A DNA stretch of 64,000 bases. Source: the human T2T-CHM13v2.0 reference genome, Homo sapiens. The notes under the pieces are model-generated. The model worked only from the letters and a program-made list of their open reading frames with translations. It made no database searches and was not told the DNA's origin. The position numbers and the translations under genes are program-made. This document shows positions 49,499 to 64,000 of this stretch, in pieces; positions within the stretch are counted from its first letter, which is position 1, and each line of letters starts with the position of its first letter. The stretch lies in NCBI RefSeq assembly GCF_009914755.1, contig NC_060938.1; one strand, given 5' to 3'.

Positions 49499-49537
49499 CA
49501 CAGTGAGACAAGCAACAGGGAGAGGCTTACAGAAACC
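49499..49537 (+). other. 23-RSS of TRAV38-2/DV8
   Basis: CACAGTG, 23 nt, ACAGAAACC. Confidence 0.95.
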
Positions 49538-51163
49538 TCAGACCTCAGCATCTGTGCAAAGGTCAGGGGGAAGTGTTCAGGGTTATAGGAACATAAAGAG
49601 GAAATAATTGTCTTCCCTAAAGAAAAAAAAATGTATCTGACTATAGGAAACACAGAGGGGATGTCTATAAGCTGTAATTTTTGAAATAGTAATAAAATAA
49701 TGAATCCACACATGCCTTATAGATTTTCAAAGTACCTTCACATGTTAATCCATTAAACCTGCATAAGCCTGTGTGTTACATAGGTCAGATCAGATATTCT
49801 AAGGATCACTGCTATCCAGAGAATCTTAGAGCTTGACCTAAAGCTATATTCTTTTAGAATTATATATTTTTGCTTTATTATTTTAATTACTATCTATCTG
49901 TACATCCCATGATCATATCAAAGTCAATATATCCAAAACTGAATTTCTTACCATCTCCACAAACCTTTATTTTTTCTTCATTTTTTTCTCCTCAGCCTTG
50001 CTCAAGATTCAGGAACACAATAAAAGTTTGCTATTGCTGGGTTTCCAGTTTGGGGAATTTCTTCACCCTCGACTTTCCAGCCTGGGCTATCAGATTTTTA
50101 TGCATACCTTATTACATTCTAATTATAAAATGGTGCAAAAAAAAACACTACATCATGTCAGTCTCACTGTTTCCCCTCTATCCGTCATTCTTTCTGACTT
50201 TAACCTGGCTTAATCCTGTATTTCTTAACGTTCTTTAAAGCATCATTTGTCTTGACATAAGAAAGTAAGGAAAGAAAGCAAACGACTGTCAAGTAGGATT
50301 TCATGTACTGCTAGTACTCACCAGCAAACGCTAAAAAAAAAAAAAAAAGAGGAAGTTAACTTCTGGTAATGCTATAATTGCTTCTGGTAAGGCAACCTAG
50401 CAGGTGGTGACAATTTTGATAAACCTGGTCCAACAGGGAGACCAAGCAGCTGCCATGGTCCAAGTCTCCACCCCTATGTCTTCTGAGAATTGGGAGATGC
50501 CTGGACCGTGAGAGGATTCTCCCTTATGCTAAGGGAAAAATTAAAATAAATGAAAAAAATAATGCCAACATTTCTTTTTATGCCCACAATTCCCCCAATA
50601 CATCTCCTTCACTATTAAGCCCCTTGTGGAGCATTTTATTCCATCTGCTCACTGTGGGTGGCGAGAGGAAGTTTGGAATGACAAACAGCCGAAATAATTA
50701 AGTCCAATAAGCAGGCTCCAGAGCTTAGGCTGGGGGTCTGTTTGGAATGAGTGGTGAGAGTGACTGGATGTGGAAGAGGGTAAGGGGAGGCCAAGACCAA
50801 ACTGCAGAATCATAATTCAGATTGCCGAGTCATTTCCCAAACACAGCAGCTTCAGTAACGCCACACCCTAGCCCAGCTTAGCACCCAGGCTTCTGCTTGT
50901 CTGAAAAAGTGGGGTAGGCACCAATCAAAATGAAAACCTTTCTCTCACACGAGGAAGACACCTTCAGGCTATTCAGGTTTTGTCCTCCCTTTTACCCCTG
51001 AGGCCCATGAGTCACCCAGACTTAGATTCGGGCTAGTTACCAAGTTTCATATCAAAGCTCACTTCTTTCTATCCTTGCTTCTAGTGCTTTCACGCAGCTC
51101 CTCTCATTTGAATTAATAAATAATCATTAATCTACTCTCTCTACCTTCGATTGTGTCCTCTTT

Positions 51164-51521
51164 TAATATGGTTTAGCTGTGTCCCCACTCATATCTCAAC
51201 TTGAATTGTATCTCCCAGAATTCCCACATGTTGTGGGAGGGAACCAGGGGGAGGTAATGGAAACATGGGGGCTGGTCTTTCCCATGCTATTCTCATGATA
51301 GTGAATTAAGTCTCACAAGATCTGATAGGTTTATTGTGGGTTTCTGCTTTTGCTTCTTCCTCATTTTTCTCTTGCCGCCGCCATGTAAGAAATGCCTTTC
51401 ACCTCCCACCATGATTCTGAGGCCTCCCCAGCCATGTGTAACTCTAAGTCCAATTAAACCTCTTTTTCTTCCCAGTCTCAGGTATGTCTTTATTGGCAGG
51501 GTGAAAACAGACTAAAATACA
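51164..51521 (+). mobile_element. THE1 (THE1A-like) solo LTR
   Basis: taatatggtttagctgtgtcccc...tgtatctcccagaattcccac...gtgaaaacagactaaaataca. Confidence 0.88.
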
Positions 51522-53246
51522 CCCTTCAAACATTGCTTCACATAGCTGTCCCAGTGAGCATCCTATAATAAAAATCAGATCATGTACACACACCTCTGCC
51601 TCAATAAAGCCTCATTTCCCACAGAAAGGCCCAGTGATTATTTAGAATATAAGTCCATCAAAGCAGAGGCCACCACTGTATCTCCAGCACTTACCATGCC
51701 TAACAGGGTAAATGGTCAGGGTCATCTACTGATGGATTAATTAGTCTGTACCCTGCTTAGCAACTCAGCCTCATTTGTTGCCATATTCCCATCCCCCCAA
51801 ACTGTACACGCCCATCCGCTCAGCAAATGAAATTGTTTCCTGCATCTATGCCTTTGCCAGCATTGTCCCCTCAGCATGGAATGCCCATCCCCAATTAACC
51901 ACTTGCCTATTATTTGAAAGGTTCGCAAACCTCCCCTCTTCTCTGAATCCTTGTCCTGACCGTTTTGCACTGGTAGAACTGATCACTTTCTCCTTTATCT
52001 CCTAACTGAAACCCTAAGCATATTTCTAACGTGGCAAATCCAACACCTTATGGTGTTTACAGGTATTTTTCACTGTCTCCCCACTAAAATGCAAACTGTT
52101 AGTTACCAAGGACACAGTTTTACCCATTTCAATAGCAACTGTGCCTCCAACAATCTTTAATTCACAGAAATGATTCTTAAGTTTTTTGAATGAAGGTAAT
52201 TAATTGATGGGCATTTTCCTCATTAAACATTATAGAGTAAAAATGGATAAATTTTCTATTTTGTTATCTCCTCCATAGTTGTGTTAACTCAGAATTCTGA
52301 GCTAACTCATAGGACTGTAAGGCATGTCAAAAATTAATAGTAACAACAGTATCATGCTGATAATAAAAATATTAGTAGTAGCTAACAATTATTGAGTATA
52401 TATATATATATATGCGCCCCATATTCTGAGAGGTGCATGACATGCTTTATTTCATTTAGTAGTCCCAACAAATCCATGCTGTAGCTACTATTGATATCCC
52501 AGTTTTATATGAAGAATTAATATAGGTTCAAAGAGGCCAAAATGCCTAGAATCACACAATGTACGACTCCCTGACCACTGGCCTTTTTCCCTTCCCAAAG
52601 GGTGGCAAACTGCTATAGCATCTCAGTCTTATTAATGTAATAGACACATAGAACATAAGAAAGAAATTCATGAAAACAGTGCTGCACCATACATGCACTT
52701 GTAGTCCTCACTTTTTCTAGAGTAGTAATTGCAAGATGAGACTTATTTCAAGTATCCTTATTAATAGAAGTTAAATGTAAAAATAACACTATTACCATTA
52801 TTGTTTACATAGGAAATTTTTGCCTTTTTAACATTAGTTTATAATTATTTGACCTGGGACTATACAATATTTTAAACTTCTTCAGTGCATTTTTCAATAG
52901 CGTTTAAGTTTAAAATGCAGTCTTTGGCAGGGGCATTAATAAATGTTTCAAATGTCATTTTGTATAACTCTTTAAAGAATACAAGAGTTTAGAAGAAATT
53001 TCTAACCTTTCCAAGTTATCTGAATTTCCAAGTTATCATAAGAAGATCCTTCCTTTGTAACTTTTAAAACTTTTTTGTATATGGTTGGGCGTTTCTATGA
53101 ATGATGCTTTTCAATTTTTTTTGCTTCAGTGAAAAATTATATATTGTGAAAGCTTTCCCACATAAACAAGCAGTTTTTCTATAGCATGAGTTTCCCATGG
53201 CTACAAGATATTATATTTTTGAAATACACCTCATTTTACCCAATAA

Positions 53247-53564
<318 letters not shown>

Positions 53565-53934
53565 TAACTTGAGTTATTGATCGAGTAAATCAATGAATAC
53601 AGTAAGCATGATAAGTACATTGTTTCCAAATTGGAGCTATAATAAGTAAAACTGCAATTTTAAAAAGATACTTGTACATAAAATAGTATGCAAGTAAGAG
53701 AGAGCCCAGATCAAAGTAACCGAAGCAAAACAAAACAAAACAAAAATCTGTTGGCTAATAAAACTGAAAAATCTGGGTTAACTACTTTAGGAAGGACTGA
53801 CCAAATGCTCAAATAATGTCACCACAGCGTGTCTCTATCGTTTGGCTCTTGTTTATATTGGCTTTACTCTGAAGAAAGCTCAGGCCCACATGATGGCAAA
53901 GATGGCCGCCAGGAGCCTCAGACTTGTGTCCTAC

Positions 53935-54795
53935 TGTGTTAGTTTCCTCCTGCTGCTGTAACAAATTATCACAAACATGGTGGCTTAAACAATATTACTT
54001 TATTATCCTACAGTTTGGGAGCTCATAAGTCTCACTGCACTAACACAAAGGTGTTGGCAGGGCTGTGTTCCTTCTATAGGCTCTAGGGGAGACTGAGTGA
54101 AATCCTGAGCATCCCTGGCTTCTAGAGGCTGCTGCGTGCCTTGGCTCATGGCCCTCTTCCATCTTCAAAACTAGAAATCGCAGCACTGTGACCTCTACCA
54201 CCATTGTCTCATCTCCTGTCACCCTCATGGCCCTCCTGAGCCTTGATCCTTGAGATTACATTGAGATCCCCCACATATTCCAGAATAATCTTCCCATCTT
54301 AAGATTCTTGGTGAATCCCATTTTCTAAATCACATTTTCAAGGACATTTGCCACATAAAGTAACATATTCACAGGTTCTGAGGATAGGTGGTGGACATTC
54401 CTATAGACTGAATGTTTGCGTCCTCTCAAAATTTGTATGTTGAAGTCCTAATCCCCAAGGTCATGGTATTAAGTGGTAGGACCTCTGAAAGGTGATTAGG
54501 TCATGAGGGTGGAGTTCTCATGAGTGAGATTAGTGCTTTTATAAAAGAGGCCCCAGAGAGCTGCCTTGCTCTTTCCACCGTGTGAGAGCACAGCAAGAAG
54601 GTACCATCTATGAACCAGGAAATGGCCCTCACCAGACACTGAGTCTGCTGCTATCTTGATCTTAGATTTCCCAGCCTTAATTGTCAGAAATAAATGTTGG
54701 TTGTTAAAGCCACCCAGTCTATGGCATTTGGAGTATAACTGCCCCAGTGGATGAGAGAGACATCTTTGGAAAGCTACTTCTCTCCTTACCATACC
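53935..54795. mobile_element. Nested MLT1 LTRs (minus-strand MLT1 at 53935-54400, continued after a plus-strand MLT1A-like LTR at 54401-54762)
   Basis: tgtgttagtttcctcctgctgctgtaacaaattatcacaaac...; ctatagactgaatgtttgcgtcctctcaaaatttgtatgttgaagtcctaatcccc... Confidence 0.75.
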
Positions 54796-56278
54796 TGCCA
54801 AATTAACAACTCCAGCAGAAGAAACAGGCTTCTTTTGTGATATTTCCAGAAAATATCCTGGACTGACTTTGCTTAGACTGATTTCTTCAGATTTGGGAAA
54901 CAGGCAGAGGTGGTTCCTCAAGGCAAAGCCAAGATGCTACTAGAAGAGGAATGAATAAGGATACGTAAAAATAACAGATGACCCCAATGCTATTAATTTA
55001 TTTCAAACTCCTTTTTGCCATCAGAAAGCAGTAATAAGCTCACATATCAATTCCAATAAAATAATTTTTTAAATCGCCCAAACTTACATTTCAACATAGC
55101 AAGCAAAAAGCAATGAATAAAATTGCTTCACCAAAATATAGAAGCTCTGTTGACCAGAAATTCAGCATAGACAGTTGTTCAAGATAATTTCAATGTGTTC
55201 AGCAGATAAAGGGACAAATAAGGACTCTTTAAGGGCAAATTTAGCTGAGGGATGTGTTAAATTGTATATTTGGCAGACTGAAACTAAAGAATAAAAAAAG
55301 AGACAGCTTGATATAACTTTCTATGCCAAACCCAATGTTATACTCTAAATCTAAAACTCCAGAAAAAGTTTGAAAGCAACAAATATGAAGTCAGGAAAAT
55401 CATTCTAAATTACCAACTATTTAGGTATAATCTTGAGCATTTTAGCTGTAGATGAAAGTCCTATTTATTCATATAGATTCTCATATGCTATGAATAATAG
55501 TTCATTTGGATGTCTCTTTAAATCAAGGAGGGATAAAGACAGGAAGGAAGAAAGCTGGCAGGCAATAAGAGCCAAAGTAAAGATATTATTTTGATTAAAA
55601 TATACTCATTGTTGAGGTATCCACAAATATTTGAGAACACATTGAAGAAGTAAGACAGGTCAGAAAATATAAGTATATGATCAGCACTTAGTGAAAACAG
55701 TTAAAGAGAAAGAAAGAGCAAAAGAAAAATTGCTTAAAGCAACATAGATATTCAAAGATAAGGAATTAAAGCTGAGATAAATGTGACAGAAATGGAAAGG
55801 AAGGAAAATGAAGTTATGAAACATTGGCAAAAATAGCTAAAGAATGCAGAATAAAATGTCCTAGAAAACATTTATCAAAGGGTTATATTTTATTAGCATT
55901 CAGTAGTCACAAGGCAAGAAATATGATAGCTATAAATAAATACATGAGAATGTTTAAGGTTTTATGATGATCGTGGCTTTACTGTTCAATATATATTAAA
56001 TAAACCACAAGTTATCTATAACACAGTTCTGAATAAAATTTAGGAAACGTAGAGTCAGGTACCTCAATATAGAAAAATACAGAAATAATTAACCATAATG
56101 CAGACAAAGTGACACCCAGTTGTAGAGAGCACTACAAGCATTGAAATATTCAGAATATTATTTGATTAAAAAAAAGCTCATGTAAAGATACCCTAAGCAA
56201 TACCAAAGATACACACACACAAACACACACACACACACACACACACGACACATACATGCTATATATAGGAAGGAAGAA

Positions 56279-56870
56279 AGCTTCTTTATTGGGGACACAG
56301 TTTACATATTACCTCTTGTTTCTATGAGATGCTATAAGAAAAAATCTCTTAAGATTTACTACATGGGTAATATATTTATATAGTGTCTGTGTGTATGTAT
56401 AGCAAACTCTTATATATATATATGGATATCTTACAGTCTTATAGACTTATATGAGAGTGACAGTAAAAGAGAGAGAGAGAGAGGAGTGTATACCTATTTC
56501 CTCTCAAAAAGGCCATATTCTGGCAACTCCCTTATTCCCCATTCCCTACTATGCAGTTTGATCTAGCCTTAGATTTCCCAGGAGGTTCTCTTCCAGAAAA
56601 GTGCCTGTAGCTATAAAATAATCTTCATCTTGGCTGTTTCAATGCAGGATTCCTATTGAGCCAATACCTTACCATTTTCTTTCCTTCGTGGAACTGTGCT
56701 TTGTCATAATGCAATAAGTTTTCTATGAAGTATATCATAAACAACAGTCCTACAGAATTCATCATTGGACATAATATAGCTTCTTTATTGGGGACACAGT
56801 TTACATATTACCTCATGTTCTATGAGATGCTATAAGAAAAATTTCTCTTAAGATTTCCTACATGGATAAT
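56279..56870 (+). repeat. About 92-bp dispersed direct repeat (56279-56371 and 56778-56870)
   Basis: agcttctttattggggacacagtttacatattacctc...ctatgagatgctataagaaaaa...ctacatgg(g/a)taat occurs twice, 499 bp apart. Confidence 0.9.
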
Positions 56871-58743
56871 TTGTACCTACACTTGTAGTTTGTTTTTATC
56901 ATATGGATGAGGTAATTATCACAGGACTGATTGTTTTCCTTCTTTACATTGACTGCTAATAAGTTCAGAGCCAATGTTAGCTTAACTCCAACTATAGAGG
57001 CTGATTGCATATACTTTAATTCCAAATCTAATTCAAGGTTTATGTTCCTGCCCTTATTTTTTTCTTCTTGATTTTTGTATTTCTTTGCTGTTGTTTTTGT
57101 AGATTTTTCTGTGCCTTATACTTTTTTTAAAGATAATTAAAACAGTGTGTGAATTCAGTGGGGTGGATGAATGAATGAGGCAGAGAAAAAGGAAATTGAC
57201 ATGGTAGGATAACAAACTCACATAATATGTAGATACATATAAAAAGACACACAAAGAAAAAAATTTCTCTAATATATCTAATCTTCTTTATGAATGATCC
57301 CATCTACCAAATAGTCAAGAAACTTAAATTTTGTAAATTGCAATTAACAATGTCTCATTTTATTCAGGTTTAAAGAGTTCCTTTCACTTTAAATATTCAG
57401 TTCATTTAAGTTCAATTCCATGTTAGGGCTGATGTAAATTCTTTCTTAGATGACTCAGTCTCTTTAGGTGATATGTTTGGAATTCAACCACCTTACCCTT
57501 TTCTTTCCGTGATGAAATTTAGGTGATAAGGTGAGACAGTTGAGTGTCACCTGAGGCAAAAAAAAAAAAAAAAAAAAAATAGGCTTAAATCCATGCATTG
57601 CCTTCTGGATCTTTTGGTCTGAGCAGCTGAGCAGCCAATCTACTCTGTTCCCTGTGTAGGTACCTAGTTATATATGGATTTTCCTACCTGGACTTTTGGG
57701 ATTATGTGTTGACACCACTGCTGAAGCCAATTGTTTCAGCCGCTTGACTCCATCTCAAAGACCCTCATCATGGGCACTTCTTTGTACTTAGCCCAGGACT
57801 TTGCCAGGCCACTAGCTCTCTCAATTCTCTGCATCTACTTCCTGGACCCCTGGGGACTTCTGTATTCCCTGCACCTGTAAACAGACCATGGGGATTCTAG
57901 AAAGTAGCCTCTGACTCATGTAGCCAAGCCTTGATTTTTCTCCAGCGCCATCTTCCCACGACTTAAGTAAGACTTCCCCCAGAGACATGCAGCCTGCCCC
58001 TAGAACACTGTGAGAGGTGCTCTACTACCCAGTACTCTTGTGCTGTTCCCATACTTATCTAAATGCTTCTAGCCTTTCCTAACCCAATCAGTGTCCGCCC
58101 ATAGCAGACCAGGGGAAAGACCAGAGTCCTGACACCTAAGTTCCTTGTTCTGCCTCCATTTTTCTTTACCCTCTAGGACCCAAAAAACTGACCTCCCTCT
58201 CTGTCCTGCACCTTTCTGTCAAACTGATGTAAAACTCTATGATCAAGTCCAGCTGGCCTTACATATAATATGGTAAAGAATACAATAAATAATTAAGAAA
58301 AAGTGTTACACCTGAAAAAAACCTTACTTTTAAGGCAGTTCTCTTGTTAAGTAATCAAAGATCCAAATTTAGATGTCAGAGCTGAATATTAATGCTTTCT
58401 ATTTCCATTCCTCTCAGAATAATCTAATCTCTCCCCACTCAAGACAGATAGATTCCTCAGAAGAATATAGATAAGGTTATGTATCTGAAAATATAAAGGA
58501 GAAAAGAATATTAATACATTTCAAAAATATAATCTCAATTACAAGTAGAGGGAGGAAATATTTTATATCACCAAGGGCACTCATTGGAAAATCACCATAG
58601 ATATTTTCAAAGAAAATAAAAGACTTCCAAAATCAAAAGAAATTAAGAAAATGAAGAAAAGACAAGCCACAGACTGGGAGAAAATATTTGCAAAATGCAT
58701 ATGTATTTTTTAAGTGGTATCCAAAATGTGCAAAGTACTCTTA

Positions 58744-59079
<336 letters not shown>

Positions 59080-59619
59080 TTAAAACCCAATGAAAAAAAT
59101 GGGCAAATACCTGAACAGACACCTCAGATCTGAACTATCTGAACTATCTGAACAGACTATAAACAAAGTATATAGATGGTAAAGAAGCACATGAAAAGAT
59201 GCTTAACATCAAATATTACTAGGGACTTGCACATTAAAACAGTGAAATATCACTACCTGCCTATCAGAATGACTAAAATCCAAAACACTGAAACCATCAA
59301 ATTTTGTGAGAATATGGAGCAACAGGAACCCTTATTCATTGCTAGTAGGAATGCCACTTTGGAAGATAGTTTGGCAGTTACTCATAAAACTAAACATTCT
59401 CTTACCATATGATTCAGCAATCATGCTCCTTAGTTTTAACTCAAGTGAGTTGAAAACTTCTGTCCCCATAAAAATCTGCATGAAAATGTTTGAAGTACCT
59501 TTATTTATAATTGCTAAATCTTGAAATCAACCAAGATGTCCTTCAACAGGTGAATCTATCGACAAAGTATGGTACATCCATACAATGAAATATTATTCAA
59601 TGATAAAAAGACATGACCA

Positions 59620-59905
59620 GGCCGGGCGCAGTGGCTCATGTCTGTAATCCCAGCACTTCAGGAGGCCGAGGCAGGCAGATCACCTGCAGTCAGGAGTTCG
59701 AGATCACCCTGGGCAATACGGTGAAACTCTGTCTCTACCAAAAATACAAAATTAGCTGGGTGTGGTGGCACATGCCTGTAATCCTAGCTACTCAGGAGGC
59801 TGAGGCAGGAGAATCGCTTGAACGAGGATGTGGTGAGCCGAGATCATGCCATTGCACTCCAGCCTGGGCAACAAGAGTAAATCTCCATCTCACCAAAAAA
59901 AAAAA
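59620..59905 (+). mobile_element. AluS
   Basis: TSD aaaagacatgacca at 59606-59619 and 59906-59919. Confidence 0.9.
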
Positions 59906-60296
59906 AAAAGACATGACCACAAAAAGACGTGGAGGAACTGTAACTGTATATTGCTAAGTGAAAGAAACCAATCTGAAAAGACTATATACTGTATCATTCC
60001 AACTATATAACATTCTGAACAAAAACAAAACTATGGGGAGTGTACACTGATCAAAGTCTAATGTAAATTATGGGCTTTAGTTAATAACAATATATTAATA
60101 TTGGCTTATCAATTGTAACACAAGTATGACATTAATGTAAGATGTCAATAATAGGGGAAATGGGGAGGATGAGGGTTGAGGGGGTGTATAAGAGCTCTGT
60201 ATTTCCACTCAGTAGTAATACATCCCATGCTAGTCTTAATCTTAAAAAGGAAAATATATTCTAGTTGCTGTATTTCACAATGCTATGATCATTCCT

Positions 60297-60660
60297 TGTC
60301 TTACTTAGTTCATTAAAGCTGCCATAACAATCATAGACTAGGTAGCTTACGAATTACAGAAATTTATTCTCAGAGTCTGGAGGCTGGGAAGCCCCAGGTG
60401 AAGACACCAATGGATTTGGTATCTGGTAAAGGCCCATTTCCTGGCTCATAGGTGACATTTTCTCATCATGTCCTCACATAGCGGAAGGACAAGGCAGCTC
60501 TCTGGAGCCTCATTTATAAAGGCACCAATCTCATTCATGAGGGCTTTGCCCTCATGACATAGTCACCACCCAATGGCACCACCTCCTAATATCATCACTT
60601 TGGCAATTAGGTTTCAACATATGAATTCCAAGGGGGAAGACAAACATTAAGATTGCAGCA
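60297..60660 (-). mobile_element. MLT1-type MaLR solo LTR
   Basis: gctgccataacaatcatagactaggtagctta...cagaaatttattctcagagtctggaggctgggaag...ggtttcaacatatgaatt. Confidence 0.75.
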
Positions 60661-63607
60661 GTCCTTTCTTCTCTATCAAATCCTTGCTTATCCATCTAGA
60701 TCCTCAGCAAATACAACTTAGACTATATAGCCCATAATGATCTACTTTGCTAATCAACTCACATACAACTTCTTGACTCTGCCATATGGGGGACTTTTTA
60801 AAACATTGACTTATATTTCTACTTAATCGTGTACAGGTTTATATGTGTCAATATTCAGAACTATGATTTACACACATAGAAACATATAAATTAAACCACC
60901 ATCATCACTCCCAATCATACACACACATGTTCATATACAGCATCCAATAAAGCATCCTATTCAAATTTGGTAATAAATAAATATTTACTTCTTGAAAGAT
61001 CAACTGGCTAAAGAAAATAATGTATTCCGATTCATCCACTTTCCCAAAGGAGGGTTCTACACAACAATCACTAGTGTGTGCCTTTGGTCACACTTTTAAG
61101 TAACAGTAAACAATGAAAAAACAAATAGAAAATGCCAGGCTGCTCTCATTTGCACTCCTGCTTCATGTAAATGCTTTCAATTATTCATCTAGCAAACCAC
61201 ACACACATTGCAAATGCCTAAAATTTCCTTTTGCCAATTAGAGGTAAACGCAGTCCCCAATTTCTATCCATAGAAGAATTAAAGCAATTCTATTTGCATC
61301 CAATGTAACCAAAAGTTGCCTTTCTCAAAAGATACCTATGTGGCCTCAATAATCCAGACAAAAGGCTCACTCTCTCAGTGTGGCTGCTGTACTTCTTGCC
61401 TCTTGTCTGTATAATCTACTGAAATTAGGTACCACAGCACTTTCTCTCCAACAAATCCATGGAAAGTAGGAAAACATGTTGAACTACTCCAGGACTCCCA
61501 AATTCAGGTTGAAATTTTCTTTCAACATAGAAGTAGAAACTTCTGGTGAAAGATGGTAATAGCTCAGCAGGAAGTCAGCACAAACCTCTAAAGGCAAAGC
61601 AGGAGGCCGGAGTCCTCCCCTCTCTCCCTCCCTCATAAGGAGCCCTGCTCTGGAGACTTGCATGGGGACAAGAGAGAAGAAATCGTTTTGCTGCTCAGAT
61701 CCTAGGATTGAGTGACATAGGAATGGAGGGCCCAAAAATTTGAGTAAAATTCCTAGACTTGGTTTCTGAAACTATCCTGACTCTAAGATTAAGCAACTTC
61801 TCTTCTTAAATTTCTTCTTATAAATCTCTCCTTGGGGAACGTTCCTGGGTGGATAAAACCTATGGAAGAGGGGAAACAGAGTTGTGGAGATTAAAGTTAA
61901 AATAAAAAAAAGTCTTTTTGTTTTGTTTTGTTTAATCCTATTTTCTCATTATTTATCTGAGGTAATCAAGATCCAGAGAAGTCCCTCCCTTGCCCTACAT
62001 GGGATAGCAGGGGGTTCCGCAAGGATTCTGTCCTCGCACTGACTCCCACTCCCAGTCTGTGTCTGCTTTTCATACCAAACACTAAATATGTTATTAAACA
62101 GGAGAATAAAAGTTGTGAATATCACCCTGGCCTAGACAGAAACACACAATATATACAATACCATACTATAACAGATATTCTACTAGATATGAGAGAGCCA
62201 ATACAGGCTAATGAAGAAACAAGAGGAAAAGATGAAAAAAATGACATCTAGAGGTATTCGTAAAATAAAAATCTAATAGGTAAGTAGGCATGAGTTAATC
62301 TGATCTTTCCTCTACCCCAAATTATTTTTCTGCCCCACCGTCTAGGCTAGAATGTCTACTTCCTGCTTCTGTGCCTATAGTCATCTTAGTCTTTGTCTAA
62401 GAACTTGGTCAAACCAGAACCTTTAGGTATTGTGACTCCATCAGTTAATCCCTATGGATATTTTGCTTCTTAGTAACATTCTGGGATAACATTTGTAGAC
62501 TGCTTTGGTTATTAACAAAACCAACAACATGGAGCTTTAATGCACTCTCTAACTTGAGTTCTTTGTCTTGTCTCTTTTACAGCTGCATTCTCTCTGTGAC
62601 ACCAGGAATCAGCATTTCCATTCAAATACAGCAAACTTTAAACCGCTTTTTGACAGGAGGAAACACTTTCTGCCTAATGAAGGGGATGAAGCAGGTAACC
62701 CAGAGAGTATCTGCCACACAGGCCTCCTCTACAGTAGCTCAGAATTGCACTGTTTGATTATTTCTTACACGTGGCATCTGCAAATTCAGAAAGGTGAGTG
62801 ATGTCAGATCTAAAGGTCCCTTCTTCCATCTTGGTTCATTCAAATTCAGGTCTAAGAGGAAACATTGAAGAAGCTATCTGAATTTCAACAGGACTGATTA
62901 CTTTCCACCAAAGGCTGTAGGAAACACAGATTTAAAGAGTGACTAGGGGGTTAAACATAAACATATATTGACAGTAATTCCTGCATTGTCATCAAAGTGT
63001 GCTCATGTTTGTAGGCCAACTCTTAGTGGTATTCAGACATTGGAAAACTGTAAAACCTTCATGCATTTTTAAGATGACTTCTAAAATATTTTATTACTAG
63101 TTTAAATGTTTAAATAGCTACAAAGGTTGTAAATTCCACTGTAATATAAACATTGACATTTTCAAATAAAACTCAGAATAGCTTTTAAACATATCCAGTG
63201 AAACCTTAATACCAAAGTGATTTGATACCCATCAACACCCAGTTAAAATTCACAACAAGCTCTTCATTGACAATTGAAGACCTTATATTGCTCTTTTCTT
63301 TCCTTGGAATCATATTTCCATTCAACTTCTCCTGCAGAACTTAATTTTAGTATATTTTTGTTTAAAGGCTTTTGTTGATCACCCAAAATGCCTGCAACAA
63401 AATCACGTAAAAAATTGAAATTGCTTTTAAATTTTCTCTGACCATACTGCTCTAATTGCTAAAAATTATCTTTCTAGATTGAGTTATAAATATAATTATT
63501 GTTGATGTACCTTTTATTAAAACAACAAAAATATATTTCAATTTTAGTTTTAAACTTACAGGCGAAAATTTTTTGGAAATGCATTTCTTAAGAAAATCAC
63601 TGGGGTC

Positions 63608-63998
<391 letters not shown>

Positions 63999-64000
63999 GT

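Noticed and set aside
49135-49506. 123-aa ORF starting upstream of the TRAV38-2 V exon
   Set aside because: Intron read-through into the V exon; the real N-terminus is the spliced leader at 48901.

Overview
Primate (almost certainly human) genomic DNA from the distal V cluster of the T-cell receptor alpha/delta locus (TRA/TRD, 14q11.2). Three recognisable V segments lie on the + strand, each with leader exon, intron, V exon and recombination signal sequence (RSS): the frameshifted pseudogene TRAV37 (33499-34052), TRAV38-1 (39721-40352) and TRAV38-2/DV8 (48901-49537). Most of the rest is transposon-derived: a HERV-W (HERV17/LTR17) provirus (4320-11937), a 5'-intact but internally deleted L1PA (24100-29465), two ERVL/LTR16 remnants, MaLR and MER LTRs, older L1/L2 and about 13 Alus. 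I found no evidence of a wholly new biological system, and the long ORFs all trace to ERV, L1, Alu or TRAV sequence. The most interesting signals are: (i) at least four decayed TRAV-like relics between the named genes (about 12.2-13.1, 19.9-20.8, 32.2-32.4 and 45.3-46.4 kb) that I do not recognise as named IMGT genes; (ii) a provirus whose 5' LTR lost U3 while keeping its target-site duplication; (iii) an apparent gene-conversion tract between TRAV38-1 and TRAV38-2, with divergent promoters and heptamers; (iv) a tailless 5S rRNA retrocopy. Repeat subfamily names come from recalled consensus sequences and need Dfam/RepeatMasker confirmation.
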